From Candidatus Omnitrophota bacterium (GTDB taxonomy: Bacteria; Omnitrophota; Gorgyraeia; Zapsychrales; Fredricksoniimonadaceae): DNA of 64,000 nt. The stretch's first letter is position 1. Every line of letters starts with the position of its first letter. Below are positions 1-9,590 of this stretch, piece after piece. Location: contig CAIOPG010000011.1 of the NCBI GenBank assembly GCA_903860135.1, positions 320 to 64,319 of the forward strand, in the 5' to 3' direction. The notes under the pieces are model-generated. The model worked only from the letters and a program-made list of their open reading frames with translations, was not told where the DNA came from and did no database searches. The translations under genes were made by a program, and so were the position numbers.

Positions 1-3000
1 ATCTCTGACATCACAGCAATGTCCTGCCAATTAACACCATTACGTGTTAACACCGTAATATCAAGCCAATTAATACTTGAAGTAGTTAAAAACTGAAGTG
101 CTGACCAATTTATTCCATTGTTTGTCAATGCTGTAACATCTGTCCAATTGATCGCGGATTCTGTTAATGTGTTTAAATTATCCCAATTAACACCGGCTTC
201 TGTTAAGACATTAACATCAGACCAATTGACTCCAGCCAAGGTCAAAACGTTAATGTCTGACCAATTAACACCAGCGATGGTCATACGTGTTATATCGTCC
301 CAATTAAGACCAGCTGTGGTCAAAATATTTAAGTCATTCCAATTAACAGCGAGACTACTCATGCGCGAAATATCAACCCAATTAACACCAGCTCGCGTCA
401 TGGCATTCATGTCAACCCAATTCATACCAGCGGCAGTTAATGCGCCAACATCTAACCAATTAACTCCAGCAAGGCTCAAAACCCCAAAGTCTGACCAATT
501 GACTCCTGCGACAGACATCCTTGTTATATCAGTCCAATTGACACCAGCTAATGTTAGTCTGTTTATATCTAACCAATTAATGCCAGCACCTGAAAAAATA
601 TTTATGTCCGACCAATTAATTCCAGCATGAGAAATGGACTGAATATCATCCCAATTAACACCGGCTTGTGTCAATGTATGAATGTCCGCCCAGTTAATAC
701 CATTCGATGACATCACCGCGATATTCAGCCAATTCACACCTTGCTGTGTCATGACTGTCACATCCGACCAATTGATCGAGGCTTCCGATAATGTTTGAAT
801 GCTATCCCAATTTATTCCTGATAACGTTAATGTGTTTACATCTGACCAATTGATCCCGGCATCAGCTAAAACCTGAACGTCATCCCAATTAACTCCTGCC
901 TGACTCAATACATGCACATCCGACCAATTTAACCCTGCTATTGACATCTCAGCAATATCCTGCCAATTAACACCACGGCTCGACATCACGCCTATATCAG
1001 ACCAATTGAGACCTGATGTAGTTATTACATTGATATCAGACCAATTAACACCAATGTTGCTAAGAACATCGACATCAGACCAATTAACACCAGCGGCTGT
1101 CATCCGGCTGATATCCGACCAATTTACACCTGCATATGTTAATGCATTGATATCATTCCAATTTACGCCGTTCAAACTCAAAGCACCAATATCAGACCAG
1201 TTAATCCCTGCGATGCTCATGCGCGACACATCGTGCCAATTAATGCCTGATGCCGTCATCTCATCTATGCTTTGCCAATTGATGCCCAACGTTGTCATTG
1301 TCTGAATGTTGGCCCAATTCACGCCTACGCGGCTTAAGGCATTTAAATCTACCCAGTTAATACCAGCTTTTGAAAAAATTTGAATATCATTCCAATTCAA
1401 TCCGGTTGTTGACAGTGTTTGCACATCTGACCAATTAACCCCAGCTTTTGTAAGTTCATTAATATCTGACCAGTTAATACCTGCATGTGTCATGCTTTCT
1501 AAATCACTCCAGTTCACACCCCCCCTTGTGAGCGCATTAATATCATTCCAATTAATGCCCAAGGATGATAAACTCTGAACATCACTCCAATTGACACCTG
1601 CGCGTGTCAAAACGTTTATATCGAGCCAATTGATACCCGTGGCCGCTAACACAGCAATATCCTGCCAATTCACCCCATTACGCGACATGATTGTTATGTC
1701 ATTCCAATTAATGCCTGCCTCTGAAAATGTTTGAACACTATCCCAATTAATACCAGATAATGTTAGCGTATTTACATCCGACCAATTGATCCCAGACTTT
1801 GTTAACTCACTCACATCTAACCAATTAACACCTGCTTGAGTTAAAACACTCAGGTCTACCCAATTAATTGCAGAATACGAGATACTGTTGATATTATCCC
1901 AATTCACACCCACTGTCGTTAGAACCTGAATATCAGTCCAATTAACAGCTTGTTTAAATAATTGTTGAAAATCATTCCAATTAATACTTGAAATACTCAG
2001 TTGATTTAAGTCTTGCCAATTGATCCCTGATTGGCTCATAAACATGATATCGGACCAATTTACTCCTGAAACTGTCAAGGTGTTAATATCCGACCAATTA
2101 ACACCGGCCATCGTCAACGCACTAATATCTGTCCAGTTAACACCCACAGCACTCAATGAACCAATATCCATCCAGTTGACACCAGCCACCGTCAATCTAT
2201 TAAGATCAGACCAATTTACACCGGCCTCTGTCAGTCTGTTAACATCAGACCAGTTCACGCCAACCGAACTAAGTAGTCCAATATCAGACCAATTAACCCC
2301 GGAAACACTCAATATTGAAATATCATCCCAGTTAATCCCTGCCGACGATAATACGTCTAGGTTAGACCAGTTAATCCCAGCGATTGTCATGGTTTGAATA
2401 TTGTTCCAATTTACTCCAGATGTACTCATATTGACTATATCTTGCCAATTTACTCCTGCCATGGTCAATGCATTAACATCAGACCAATTAATGCCGGCAA
2501 CTGTTAACCTGTTAATATCATTCCAATTTAAACCACCACGTGTCAACACATTCAAATCAGACCAATTGATCCCGTTATTAGCTAAAACTTGAATATCATC
2601 CCAGTTGATACCAGCTTCAGTCAATGTGTTAATGTCTGTCCAGTTAATGCTTGTCGTTGTAAGCCTAGCTACATCCAACCAATTAATATTATTGTTTGAA
2701 AAAATATTTATATCTGTCCAATTAATACGGGCCGTGGACAAAGCATTAAAATCAACCCAGTTAATGCCAGCCACTGTTAAAGCGTTTAAATTGCTCCAAT
2801 TAACACCGGCGACTGTCATTGAATTTAAATCCAACCAATTAATACCGTTAGCCGTCAATATATTAACATCCGACCAATTGATACCGGCAATCGTTAGTTT
2901 ATTTAAATCAGACCAATTAACGCCAGCTACCGTTAACTGATTCAAATCGGACCAGTTGATTCCATTTCGCGCTAAAGCTGAAATGTCTTGCCAATTAACG

Positions 3001-6000
3001 CCATTGCGCGTCAACGCTGTTAAATCAGCCCAATTAACACCGCTTTCAGACAAAGTCTGAATATCACTCCAATTAATACCATCATTGGATAATACTTGAA
3101 TATCAGACCAATTTACCCCTGCATGCGTTAAAGACCCAACATCGAGCCAATTAACACCCGCCGTTGTGAAGACATTAATATCCGACCAGTTAACGCCAGC
3201 CATAGTCATGCGTGTAATGTCAGACCAATTAACACCCGATTGACTTAGGGCACCGACATCCAGCCAATTAACACCCGCCGCGGTTAATGTTGTCAAATTA
3301 TTCCAGTTAATACCGGTAACCGTCATGCTTTGAAGGTCTGACCAATTAATCCCTAAGCCATGCATGGCCTGGATATCCTGCCAATTGATCGCTTTTGTTG
3401 TCACCGACATGACGTCAAACCAGTTAACCCCAGCTGTGGTCAATACACTTAAATCAGACCAATTAACTCCGGCATCGCTGAGAGATTGTATGTCGTTCCA
3501 GTTCACACCCGCCAGCGTCAATTTGTTGACATCATTCCAATTAATACCGGCTGATGTTAACGTCGTGATGTTAGACCAGTTAACTCCTGATGTACTCATT
3601 CTGTTCAAATCAGTCCAGTTAACACCTACTTGCGTTATAGCACTCAGATCACTCCAGTTAACACCTGCTTCAGAAAGAGCTTGAATATTATCCCAATTAA
3701 CAGCTGATAAAGTTAAGGACGATATGTCTGACCAATTAATATTTTTAGTTGTTAATTGGTTCAAATCAGACCAGTTAATTCCTGAAAGGCTTAACACTCC
3801 TAGGTCGGACCAGTTAACACCTGTACGCGTGATCGAATTGATGTCTTCCCAATTAATACCGGCTTCACTTAAATCGGTTAAATTTTCCCAATTAACACCC
3901 GCTCTAGTTAAGGTGTTAATATCCGACCAATTAATTCCGGCATCACTAACAAGGGCAAGGTCTGTCCAATTCATTCCCGCCAAAGATAACGCACTAATGT
4001 CAGACCAATTTACACCTGCAGTAGTTAAATAATTTAAGTTAGACCAGTTTAAACCTGCCTTAGACATTGCCCCAATATCCAGCCAGTTAACGCCCGCATT
4101 AGTCAAATTGTTAATGTCATTCCAATTAATCCCTACTCTTGTTAGCACGACAGCATCTGACCAATTGATACCTGCTGACGAAATAGATTGAATATCATCC
4201 CAATTAATACCTATATTTGCTAAAGCTGAAATGTCGGTCCAGTTAATACCACGTTGGGTCATAACATTAATATCATTCCAGTTCACCCCTGCGGCAGCCA
4301 GAGCACCGACCCCGGACCAATTAACACCGCTGAGAGTCATTGTGGCTACATCATTCCAATTGATCCCTTTTTGTGAAAAAAGCTGAAGGTCACTCCAGTT
4401 CACTGCGGCATGTGTAAGTGCCGTAACATCATTCCAATTAATACCTCGATTCAAAAGGACATTCAGATCATCCCAATTAATGCCTTCGTTTGATAATGTC
4501 TGAATATCATTCCAGTTTACGCCGGCAACAGACATTGTTTGCAGATCATTCCAATTGACACCGGCAATAGATAAGGTTCCTATATCTGACCAGTTTACGC
4601 CAGCAATACTTAAATTGGCAACATCAGCCCAATTAAGACCACTGCGGCTCAATGTATTGATATCATTCCAGTTAATACCTTTTGTTGAAAAAACAGCTAG
4701 GTCATTCCAATTTATCCCTGCTAACGCCATGACCGACACATCAGTCCAATTCAATCCCGTCTTTGATAATGTTTCAATATCCAGCCAGTTTATGCCCCTT
4801 GTTGAAAGAGACTGAATGTCGCTCCAGTTAACACCACGCGTAGAAAGAAGTTCTATGTCATCCCAATTAATACCCTTGGCTGTAATATTGGCTATGTCGT
4901 TCCAATTGATCCCAGCCCCACTGAATGAACCAATATCTATCCAATTAATTCCGTTCAATGAGAGAACCTGGATATCATCCCAATTTACACCAGCAGTTGA
5001 TAATACCTGTAAATTAGACCAATTAATCGACGCTGAGGTAACAGCGGTTATGTCGCCCCAATTGATCCCTGTTAATGACATCTGCTGAATATCTGCCCAA
5101 TTAACGCCTTGCGTTGACAAGCGGTTAATATCCTGCCAGTTAATGGCGGAGCGTGTGAGCGTTTGAACATCGGTCCAGTTAATGCCTATACGCGCCATTG
5201 TTTCAATATCGAACCAGTTAACTCCGGCGGTCGTTAAATCTTGAATATCTGTCCAGTTGATCCCAGCCGTAGTCAATGTTTCAATATTAGACCAGTTAAC
5301 ACCAGTTACACTCAATACACCAATATCGATCCAGTTAACACCAGCCGTTGACCATACCCCAATATCAGACCAGTTAATACCACCGGAAGAAAGAGCATTA
5401 ACATCACTCCAGTTAACACCAGCTCCGGCCATTCTGCTGATGTCGGCCCAATTAATGCCGATGGTGCTCATGTTTTCAATATTAGCCCAGTTTACACCGG
5501 CTATACCCAAACTTGAAATATCCAGCCAATTGACACCAGCTTCTGAGAGAGCAACAATATCAGCCCAATTAACACCAGCCGTTGAAAAACGTCCGATATC
5601 ATTCCAGTTAATGCCATTCTCAGATAAAACTTGTATATCGTGCCAATTGATCCCTCGGATACTTAAAATGTTAATATCTGACCAGTTGACGCCAGCGGCA
5701 CTCATATGGCTAATATCTGCCCAATTCACTCCTGACAAAGATAAGCTTGACACATCCGCCCAATTAACACCCTTAATAGAAAGGTTTTGCATTTCATCCC
5801 AGTTAATACCAACATTTGAAAAATGCGCAATATCCAGCCAGTTTACGCCTCGCGAAGCCAATATTCCAATATCAACCCAATTAACGCCAGTTAAAGATAA
5901 GGACTGGACGTCATCCCAGTTAATGCCGCGTAGGGTCAATGATTGCAGATCATTCCAATTAACGCCCGTCATGGTTAAACGAGCAAAATCATCCCAATTG

Positions 6001-8340
6001 ATATTTCCTGTTGATAAACGACCAATATCGCTCCAATTAATATTCGCATGCGCCAAAACAGCAACATCTTCCCAATTGATACCTTTTTGAGAAAAAGATT
6101 GGATTTCAGACCAATTAACACCTGCTGTTGACAACGAACTCACACTATTCCAATTTATACCTTTTACAGTCATCGAAACGACATCATTCCAATTAACTCC
6201 GGAAAGCGTAAGCGCATTAACATCTGCCCAGTTTACACCCGCCGCTGAAAGTGCCTGTATATCATTCCAGTTGATACCTGCCCTTGAGAACACACCAATA
6301 TCCTGCCAATTCACACCAGCAGCAGAAAGAGTGGCTATATCATGCCAATTGATCCCAATTTCAGAAAAAAGTGCTAGATCTCCCCAATTAATACCATTGG
6401 TAGTCATCTGACCAATATCAGACCAGTTAATACCATTACTAGACATCGTGGATATATTATCCCAGTTAACGCCGGCGACGCCCATTCGCGTAAGATCGTC
6501 CCAATTGATCGCGCGTGTTGATAACACCAAAATGTCATTCCAGTTAATACCTGTATTTGATAATATATTTATATCATTCCAATTTACTGAAGCTTGACTC
6601 ATGCGCTGAATATCTTCCCAATTAACCCCGGCAGTTGACAACACCTGAATATCAGACCAGTTAATAGTTCCAACAGAAATCGCCTGAATATTTTCCCAAT
6701 TAATTCCAACCGTAGTCAGCGCATTAAAATCATCCCAGTTAATTCCAGCCTGACCCAACACAGCCATGTCTGACCAGTTAATTGCCGCTAAAGATATTTC
6801 CTGAACATCCGACCAATTAATACCGCGAGCGGTCATTTGTCCAATATCTAGCCAATTCACGCCGGCAATAGATAAAATAGAAATGTCATTCCAATTTACG
6901 CCAATTCGGGAAAATGATTGTATGTCAGACCAGTTAACCCCAGCCATTGATAATGACTGGATAGCATTCCAATTAACCGCCGTGTTGGACATGGCCTGAA
7001 TATCTTGCCAGTTAATACCACTGCGGGCTATAACGCCGATATCTTGCCAGTTAATTCCAGCCACAGTTAAGGCGTTAATATTGCTCCAGTTCACCCCTGC
7101 GGTTGTCAATACTTCAACATCTACCCAGTTTAGTCCTGAGGCCGACATGCTTTGCATATCGGACCAATTGATCCCCGCCTCTGCCAGCACTTGTAAATCC
7201 GACCAATTAACACCCACCGCGGACATCGAAGAAAAATCAGACCAATTAATACCTGCACGGGTTAAGGATTGAATATCCTCCCAGTTAACTCCGGTCGCAG
7301 ACAAAACATCAATATCCGACCAGTTAACACCCGCAAGGGAAAGATCCGCTATGTCTGACCAGTTAACCCCGGCAATACTTAAAGCCTGTATATCCTGCCA
7401 GTTTACCCCAGAATAAGAAAGCGCGTGAATATCATCCCAGTTAATGCCGATCTTCGCCATGGCACTTAGATCAGACCAGTTAACACCAGCTGTTGATAAA
7501 GCAGCGATATCATTCCAATTGATCTGTGCTTGTGAAATTGTGTCAATATCTGACCAATTAATTCCCGCTTTTGATAAAGATTGAACATCACTCCAATTAA
7601 CACCTGCCGCCGAGAGTGTCCCGATATCATTCCAATTGATTCCCGCTCTCGTCATCGCTTGAACGTCATTCCAGTTCAACCCTGCCCGGCTTAAGGCATC
7701 AATATCCTGCCAATTAATTCCTTTTGTAGTTAATGACTGAAGATCATTCCAGTTCACACCACTGCTGCTCATGCGCGCAATGTCATTCCAATTTATTCCG
7801 GCAACAGTCAACGAATTTAAATTATTCCAATTAATGCCTGCCCGTGTTAGCACATCAATATCATACCAATTCAATCCCCGTTCTGACATGACCGTCAGAT
7901 CATCCCAATTAATATTCGCCGTTGTGAGCTCCGCTAAATTGTCCCAATTAACCCGATCAGGCCAATTAACACCAGCACCAGTCATAATGGCAAAATCCTG
8001 CCAATTTATGCCGGCAACTGATAAGGCATTTAAATCATTCCAGTTAATGCCACTATTGGCTAAGGCCGCAATATCTTGCCAGTTAATACCAACCGTCGTC
8101 AATCTGGCAATATCCTGCCAATTCACAGCAGCTTCAGAAAAAGCACCAATATCATGCCAATTAATACCGATACCAGACATAATTTGAATATCTTGCCAGT
8201 TTATGCCTTGGCGCGTCATGGCATAAAGATCATCCCAATTGATGCCTGCCGCACTCATCGTACTGACATCGGCCCATTTAATCCCGGCTTCTGTTAATGC
8301 CTTGGCATCAGCCCAATTAACAGTCCCCATCTGATCTGTT
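1..8340 (-). repeat. Tandem array of ~39-bp coding repeats (about 200 units) inside the giant gene. The DNA units are very similar (recurring ccaattaacaccagc core)
   Basis: Periodicity of 39 nt seen directly, for example ccaattaac at 183, 222, 261 and 300. All plus-strand shadow ORFs stay in the same frame, so the array is in-frame throughout. Confidence 0.9.
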
Positions 8341-9440
8341 ACTGTCTTTATGGCCACGACATCCGAACGCAAAACACCTAAATATTCCCAGTTCACATCT
8401 GCCGCTGCCATCCTGGCCACATCATCCCAGTTAATAGCCGACTTGCTCATTTGGCCTAGGTTATCCCAATTGACTTTGTCCAAACTTGCTTTCATGGCAT
8501 TAATATTATCCCAATTCATGCCTGACGTGTTCATCGCTGTAATTTCAAGAGGAGAGTAGGCGTCATAATGCGTTCCGCTCCAATTAATACCGAATGAAAT
8601 AAAATATGAATCCGTCTTGCTGCTGGGGGTCCAGGCATCAGCACTCACCGTACCGCTGTCGTACGCACACCAGTCATTGGCATCACTGACCTTCGGATCC
8701 CAAGTCTTTTCCGTCGTTAAGCCACCAGTGCCATTCGATTTAAAAATCGTATGTGTCAAACACTCGGCATTGACGTCTGTTATGTCCTGGCGCTTGCCAT
8801 CCATTTCGATCCAGCTGTAAACAAAATAGGCACCGGCACCAGAAGCGGCACTGCCATCCCATATAGCCGCAAACTTTGCTCCTGTACCAGCAAAAACGTC
8901 AAATGCCATTGATACAGCTGAAGTAAGCCCTTCGGCTGTAGCGACCAGCGTGTACATATTGCCTGGACGGGTGATCGACGTGTTTTTAAAAGTCGCGATC
9001 CCATTAACAACCATCATACTTGTTGTTCCCGTCAACATCCCCGCACCGGGATTGTTTTGAATAGCAAGAGTAATTAGGGTTGTATTGTTGCCAGCGACGA
9101 CATTGTTATTGGCATCAAGAACGGCCACCACCGGCTGGCGTTCAAAAACATTGTCGTGCTTGGCACTCGAAGGGATGACAAGAAAAGCAAGATGTGTCGC
9201 ATCGCCATAGGCTAAAGAACCATTGGCACCTGAACTGGCACTGGTAGTTCCGGTCTGCCCACCACCTGTAAATATATCTGTACCTATGGTAGCCGTTGCA
9301 TTACCGTTTTCTGAACCACCTGAAAACTGTGCAAAAGCCAAAGGCATTACGAAAATATTAATTATAAGAAAAATAACTAATATAGCGTCGTATGCCCGCA
9401 TGGTTTGAATTGTATTTTTTGATTTTTTAAATATTATCAT
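1..9440 (-). CDS. Giant secreted/surface repeat protein, partial (3' end beyond the left window edge). Signal peptide, Ig-like (Big) N-terminal region, then ~200 tandem 13-aa repeats G-V/I-N-W-x-D-I-x-x-L-T-x-A. Start is ATG at 9440 or the in-frame ATG at 9401
   Basis: Minus-strand frame (plus triplets starting at positions divisible by 3) carries ATG at 9401-9399, preceded by ATG 9440 and a stop at 9446-9444. Hand translation from 9401 to ~8290 gives MRAYDAILVIFLIINIFVMPLAFAQ... followed by NW repeats with no stop. Spot checks at ~1-180, 1263-1320, 2403-2460, 4983-5040, 7743-7800 and 7923-7980 found no TAA/TAG/TGA in this frame. The ORF is absent from the supplied track, presumably because it has no in-window stop. 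Confidence 0.7.
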   Translation of the reverse strand, partial: MIIFKKSKNTIQTMRAYDAILVIFLIINIFVMPLAFAQFSGGSENGNATATIGTDIFTGGGQTGTTSASSGANGSLAYGDATHLAFLVIPSSAKHDNVFERQPVVAVLDANNNVVAGNNTTLITLAIQNNPGAGMLTGTTSMMVVNGIATFKNTSITRPGNMYTLVATAEGLTSAVSMAFDVFAGTGAKFAAIWDGSAASGAGAYFVYSWIEMDGKRQDITDVNAECLTHTIFKSNGTGGLTTEKTWDPKVSDANDWCAYDSGTVSADAWTPSSKTDSYFISFGINWSGTHYDAYSPLEITAMNTSGMNWDNINAMKASLDKVNWDNLGQMSKSAINWDDVARMAAADVNWEYLGVLRSDVVAIKTVTDQMGTVNWADAKALTEAGIKWADVSTMSAAGINWDDLYAMTRQGINWQDIQIMSGIGINWHDIGAFSEAAVNWQDIARLTTVGINWQDIAALANSGINWNDLNALSVAGINWQDFAIMTGAGVNWPDRVNWDNLAELTTANINWDDLTVMSERGLNWYDIDVLTRAGINWNNLNSLTVAGINWNDIARMSSSGVNWNDLQSLTTKGINWQDIDALSRAGLNWNDVQAMTRAGINWNDIGTLSAAGVNWSDVQSLSKAGINWSDIDTISQAQINWNDIAALSTAGVNWSDLSAMAKIGINWDDIHALSYSGVNWQDIQALSIAGVNWSDIADLSLAGVNWSDIDVLSATGVNWEDIQSLTRAGINWSDFSSMSAVGVNWSDLQVLAEAGINWSDMQSMSASGLNWVDVEVLTTAGVNWSNINALTVAGINWQDIGVIARSGINWQDIQAMSNTAVNWNAIQSLSMAGVNWSDIQSFSRIGVNWNDISILSIAGVNWLDIGQMTARGINWSDVQEISLAAINWSDMAVLGQAGINWDDFNALTTVGINWENIQAISVGTINWSDIQVLSTAGVNWEDIQRMSQASVNWNDINILSNTGINWNDILVLSTRAINWDDLTRMGVAGVNWDNISTMSSNGINWSDIGQMTTNGINWGDLALFSEIGINWHDIATLSAAGVNWQDIGVFSRAGINWNDIQALSAAGVNWADVNALTLSGVNWNDVVSMTVKGINWNSVSSLSTAGVNWSEIQSFSQKGINWEDVAVLAHANINWSDIGRLSTGNINWDDFARLTMTGVNWNDLQSLTLRGINWDDVQSLSLTGVNWVDIGILASRGVNWLDIAHFSNVGINWDEMQNLSIKGVNWADVSSLSLSGVNWADISHMSAAGVNWSDINILSIRGINWHDIQVLSENGINWNDIGRFSTAGVNWADIVALSEAGVNWLDISSLGIAGVNWANIENMSTIGINWADISRMAGAGVNWSDVNALSSGGINWSDIGVWSTAGVNWIDIGVLSVTGVNWSNIETLTTAGINWTDIQDLTTAGVNWFDIETMARIGINWTDVQTLTRSAINWQDINRLSTQGVNWADIQQMSLTGINWGDITAVTSASINWSNLQVLSTAGVNWDDIQVLSLNGINWIDIGSFSGAGINWNDIANITAKGINWDDIELLSTRGVNWSDIQSLSTRGINWLDIETLSKTGLNWTDVSVMALAGINWNDLAVFSTKGINWNDINTLSRSGLNWADVANLSIAGVNWSDIGTLSIAGVNWNDLQTMSVAGVNWNDIQTLSNEGINWDDLNVLLNRGINWNDVTALTHAAVNWSDLQLFSQKGINWNDVATMTLSGVNWSGVGALAAAGVNWNDINVMTQRGINWTDISALANIGINWDDIQSISSAGINWSDAVVLTRVGINWNDINNLTNAGVNWLDIGAMSKAGLNWSNLNYLTTAGVNWSDISALSLAGMNWTDLALVSDAGINWSDINTLTRAGVNWENLTDLSEAGINWEDINSITRTGVNWSDLGVLSLSGINWSDLNQLTTKNINWSDISSLTLSAVNWDNIQALSEAGVNWSDLSAITQVGVNWTDLNRMSTSGVNWSNITTLTSAGINWNDVNKLTLAGVNWNDIQSLSDAGVNWSDLSVLTTAGVNWFDVMSVTTKAINWQDIQAMHGLGINWSDLQSMTVTGINWNNLTTLTAAGVNWLDVGALSQSGVNWSDITRMTMAGVNWSDINVFTTAGVNWLDVGSLTHAGVNWSDIQVLSNDGINWSDIQTLSESGVNWADLTALTRNGVNWQDISALARNGINWSDLNQLTVAGVNWSDLNKLTIAGINWSDVNILTANGINWLDLNSMTVAGVNWSNLNALTVAGINWVDFNALSTARINWTDINIFSNNNINWLDVARLTTTSINWTDINTLTEAGINWDDIQVLANNGINWSDLNVLTRGGLNWNDINRLTVAGINWSDVNALTMAGVNWQDIVNMSTSGVNWNNIQTMTIAGINWSNLDVLSSAGINWDDISILSVSGVNWSDIGLLSSVGVNWSDVNRLTEAGVNWSDLNRLTVAGVNWMDIGSLSAVGVNWTDISALTMAGVNWSDINTLTVSGVNWSDIMFMSQSGINWQDLNQLSISSINWNDFQQLFKQAVNWTDIQVLTTVGVNWDNINSISYSAINWVDLSVLTQAGVNWLDVSELTKSGINWSDVNTLTLSGINWDSVQTFSEAGINWNDITIMSRNGVNWQDIAVLAATGINWLDINVLTRAGVNWSDVQSLSSLGINWNDINALTRGGVNWSDLESMTHAGINWSDINELTKAGVNWSDVQTLSTTGLNWNDIQIFSKAGINWVDLNALSRVGVNWANIQTMTTLGINWQSIDEMTASGINWHDVSRMSIAGINWSDIGALSLNGVNWNDINALTYAGVNWSDISRMTAAGVNWSDVDVLSNIGVNWSDINVITTSGLNWSDIGVMSSRGVNWQDIAEMSIAGLNWSDVHVLSQAGVNWDDVQVLADAGINWSDVNTLTLSGINWDSIQTLSEASINWSDVTVMTQQGVNWLNIAVMSSNGINWADIHTLTQAGVNWDDIQSISHAGINWSDINIFSGAGINWLDINRLTLAGVNWTDITRMSVAGVNWSDFGVLSLAGVNWLDVGALTAAGMNWVDMNAMTRAGVNWVDISRMSSLAVNWNDLNILTTAGLNWDDITRMTIAGVNWSDINVLTLAGVNWSDVNVLTEAGVNWDNLNTLTESAINWTDVTALTNNGINWSALQFLTTSSINWLDITVLTRNGVNWQDIAVMSE

Positions 9441-9480
9441 TAATTAAAATCATTATAAAACGGTGGTTTTTAATGTGTCT

Positions 9481-9509
9481 ATTATGTTTAATATCATTAA
9501 ATACTTCAA
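9481..9509 (-). promoter_or_regulatory. Candidate sigma70-type promoter for the giant gene (minus strand: -35 TTGAAG, 17-nt spacer, -10 CATAAT)
   Basis: Reverse complement of 9481-9509 reads ttgaag-N17-cataat, about 35-70 nt upstream of the candidate start codons, in an AT-rich intergenic region. Confidence 0.3.
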
Positions 9510-9590
9510 TAAAATTCTAAGAATCTTTTAAGAAATTATTTTTTCTTTCGGTAAGAAAGAATTAAGCATATCCTCGTCGAGGAACATGGT

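Noticed and set aside
118-8187. Twelve plus-strand frame-1 ORFs in the track (MFVNAVTSVQL..., SDQLTPA-type repeats)
   Set aside because: All lie in one frame but are repeatedly interrupted by stops. They are the antisense reading (SDQLTPA is antisense of AGVNWSD) of the open minus-strand giant gene, so they are shadow ORFs, not genes.
1-8340. Regular 39-bp periodic repeats as a possible CRISPR array or satellite
   Set aside because: There are no unique spacers. The repeat is in-frame coding sequence with a conserved peptide consensus and an upstream signal peptide.
8076-9408. Small track ORFs 8076-8297, 8350-8559, 8617-8820, 8780-9010 and 9223-9408
   Set aside because: They lie within the N-terminal (non-repeat) coding region of the giant minus-strand gene, on the opposite strand or in other frames, and have no motifs.
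9535-9575. Inverted repeat ttctttc-ggtaa-gaaagaa downstream of the FGE-paralog gene as a terminator
   Set aside because: The stem is only 7 bp and lacks a following U-tract on the minus-strand transcript. It may contribute to transcript 3' structure, but is not confidently a terminator.
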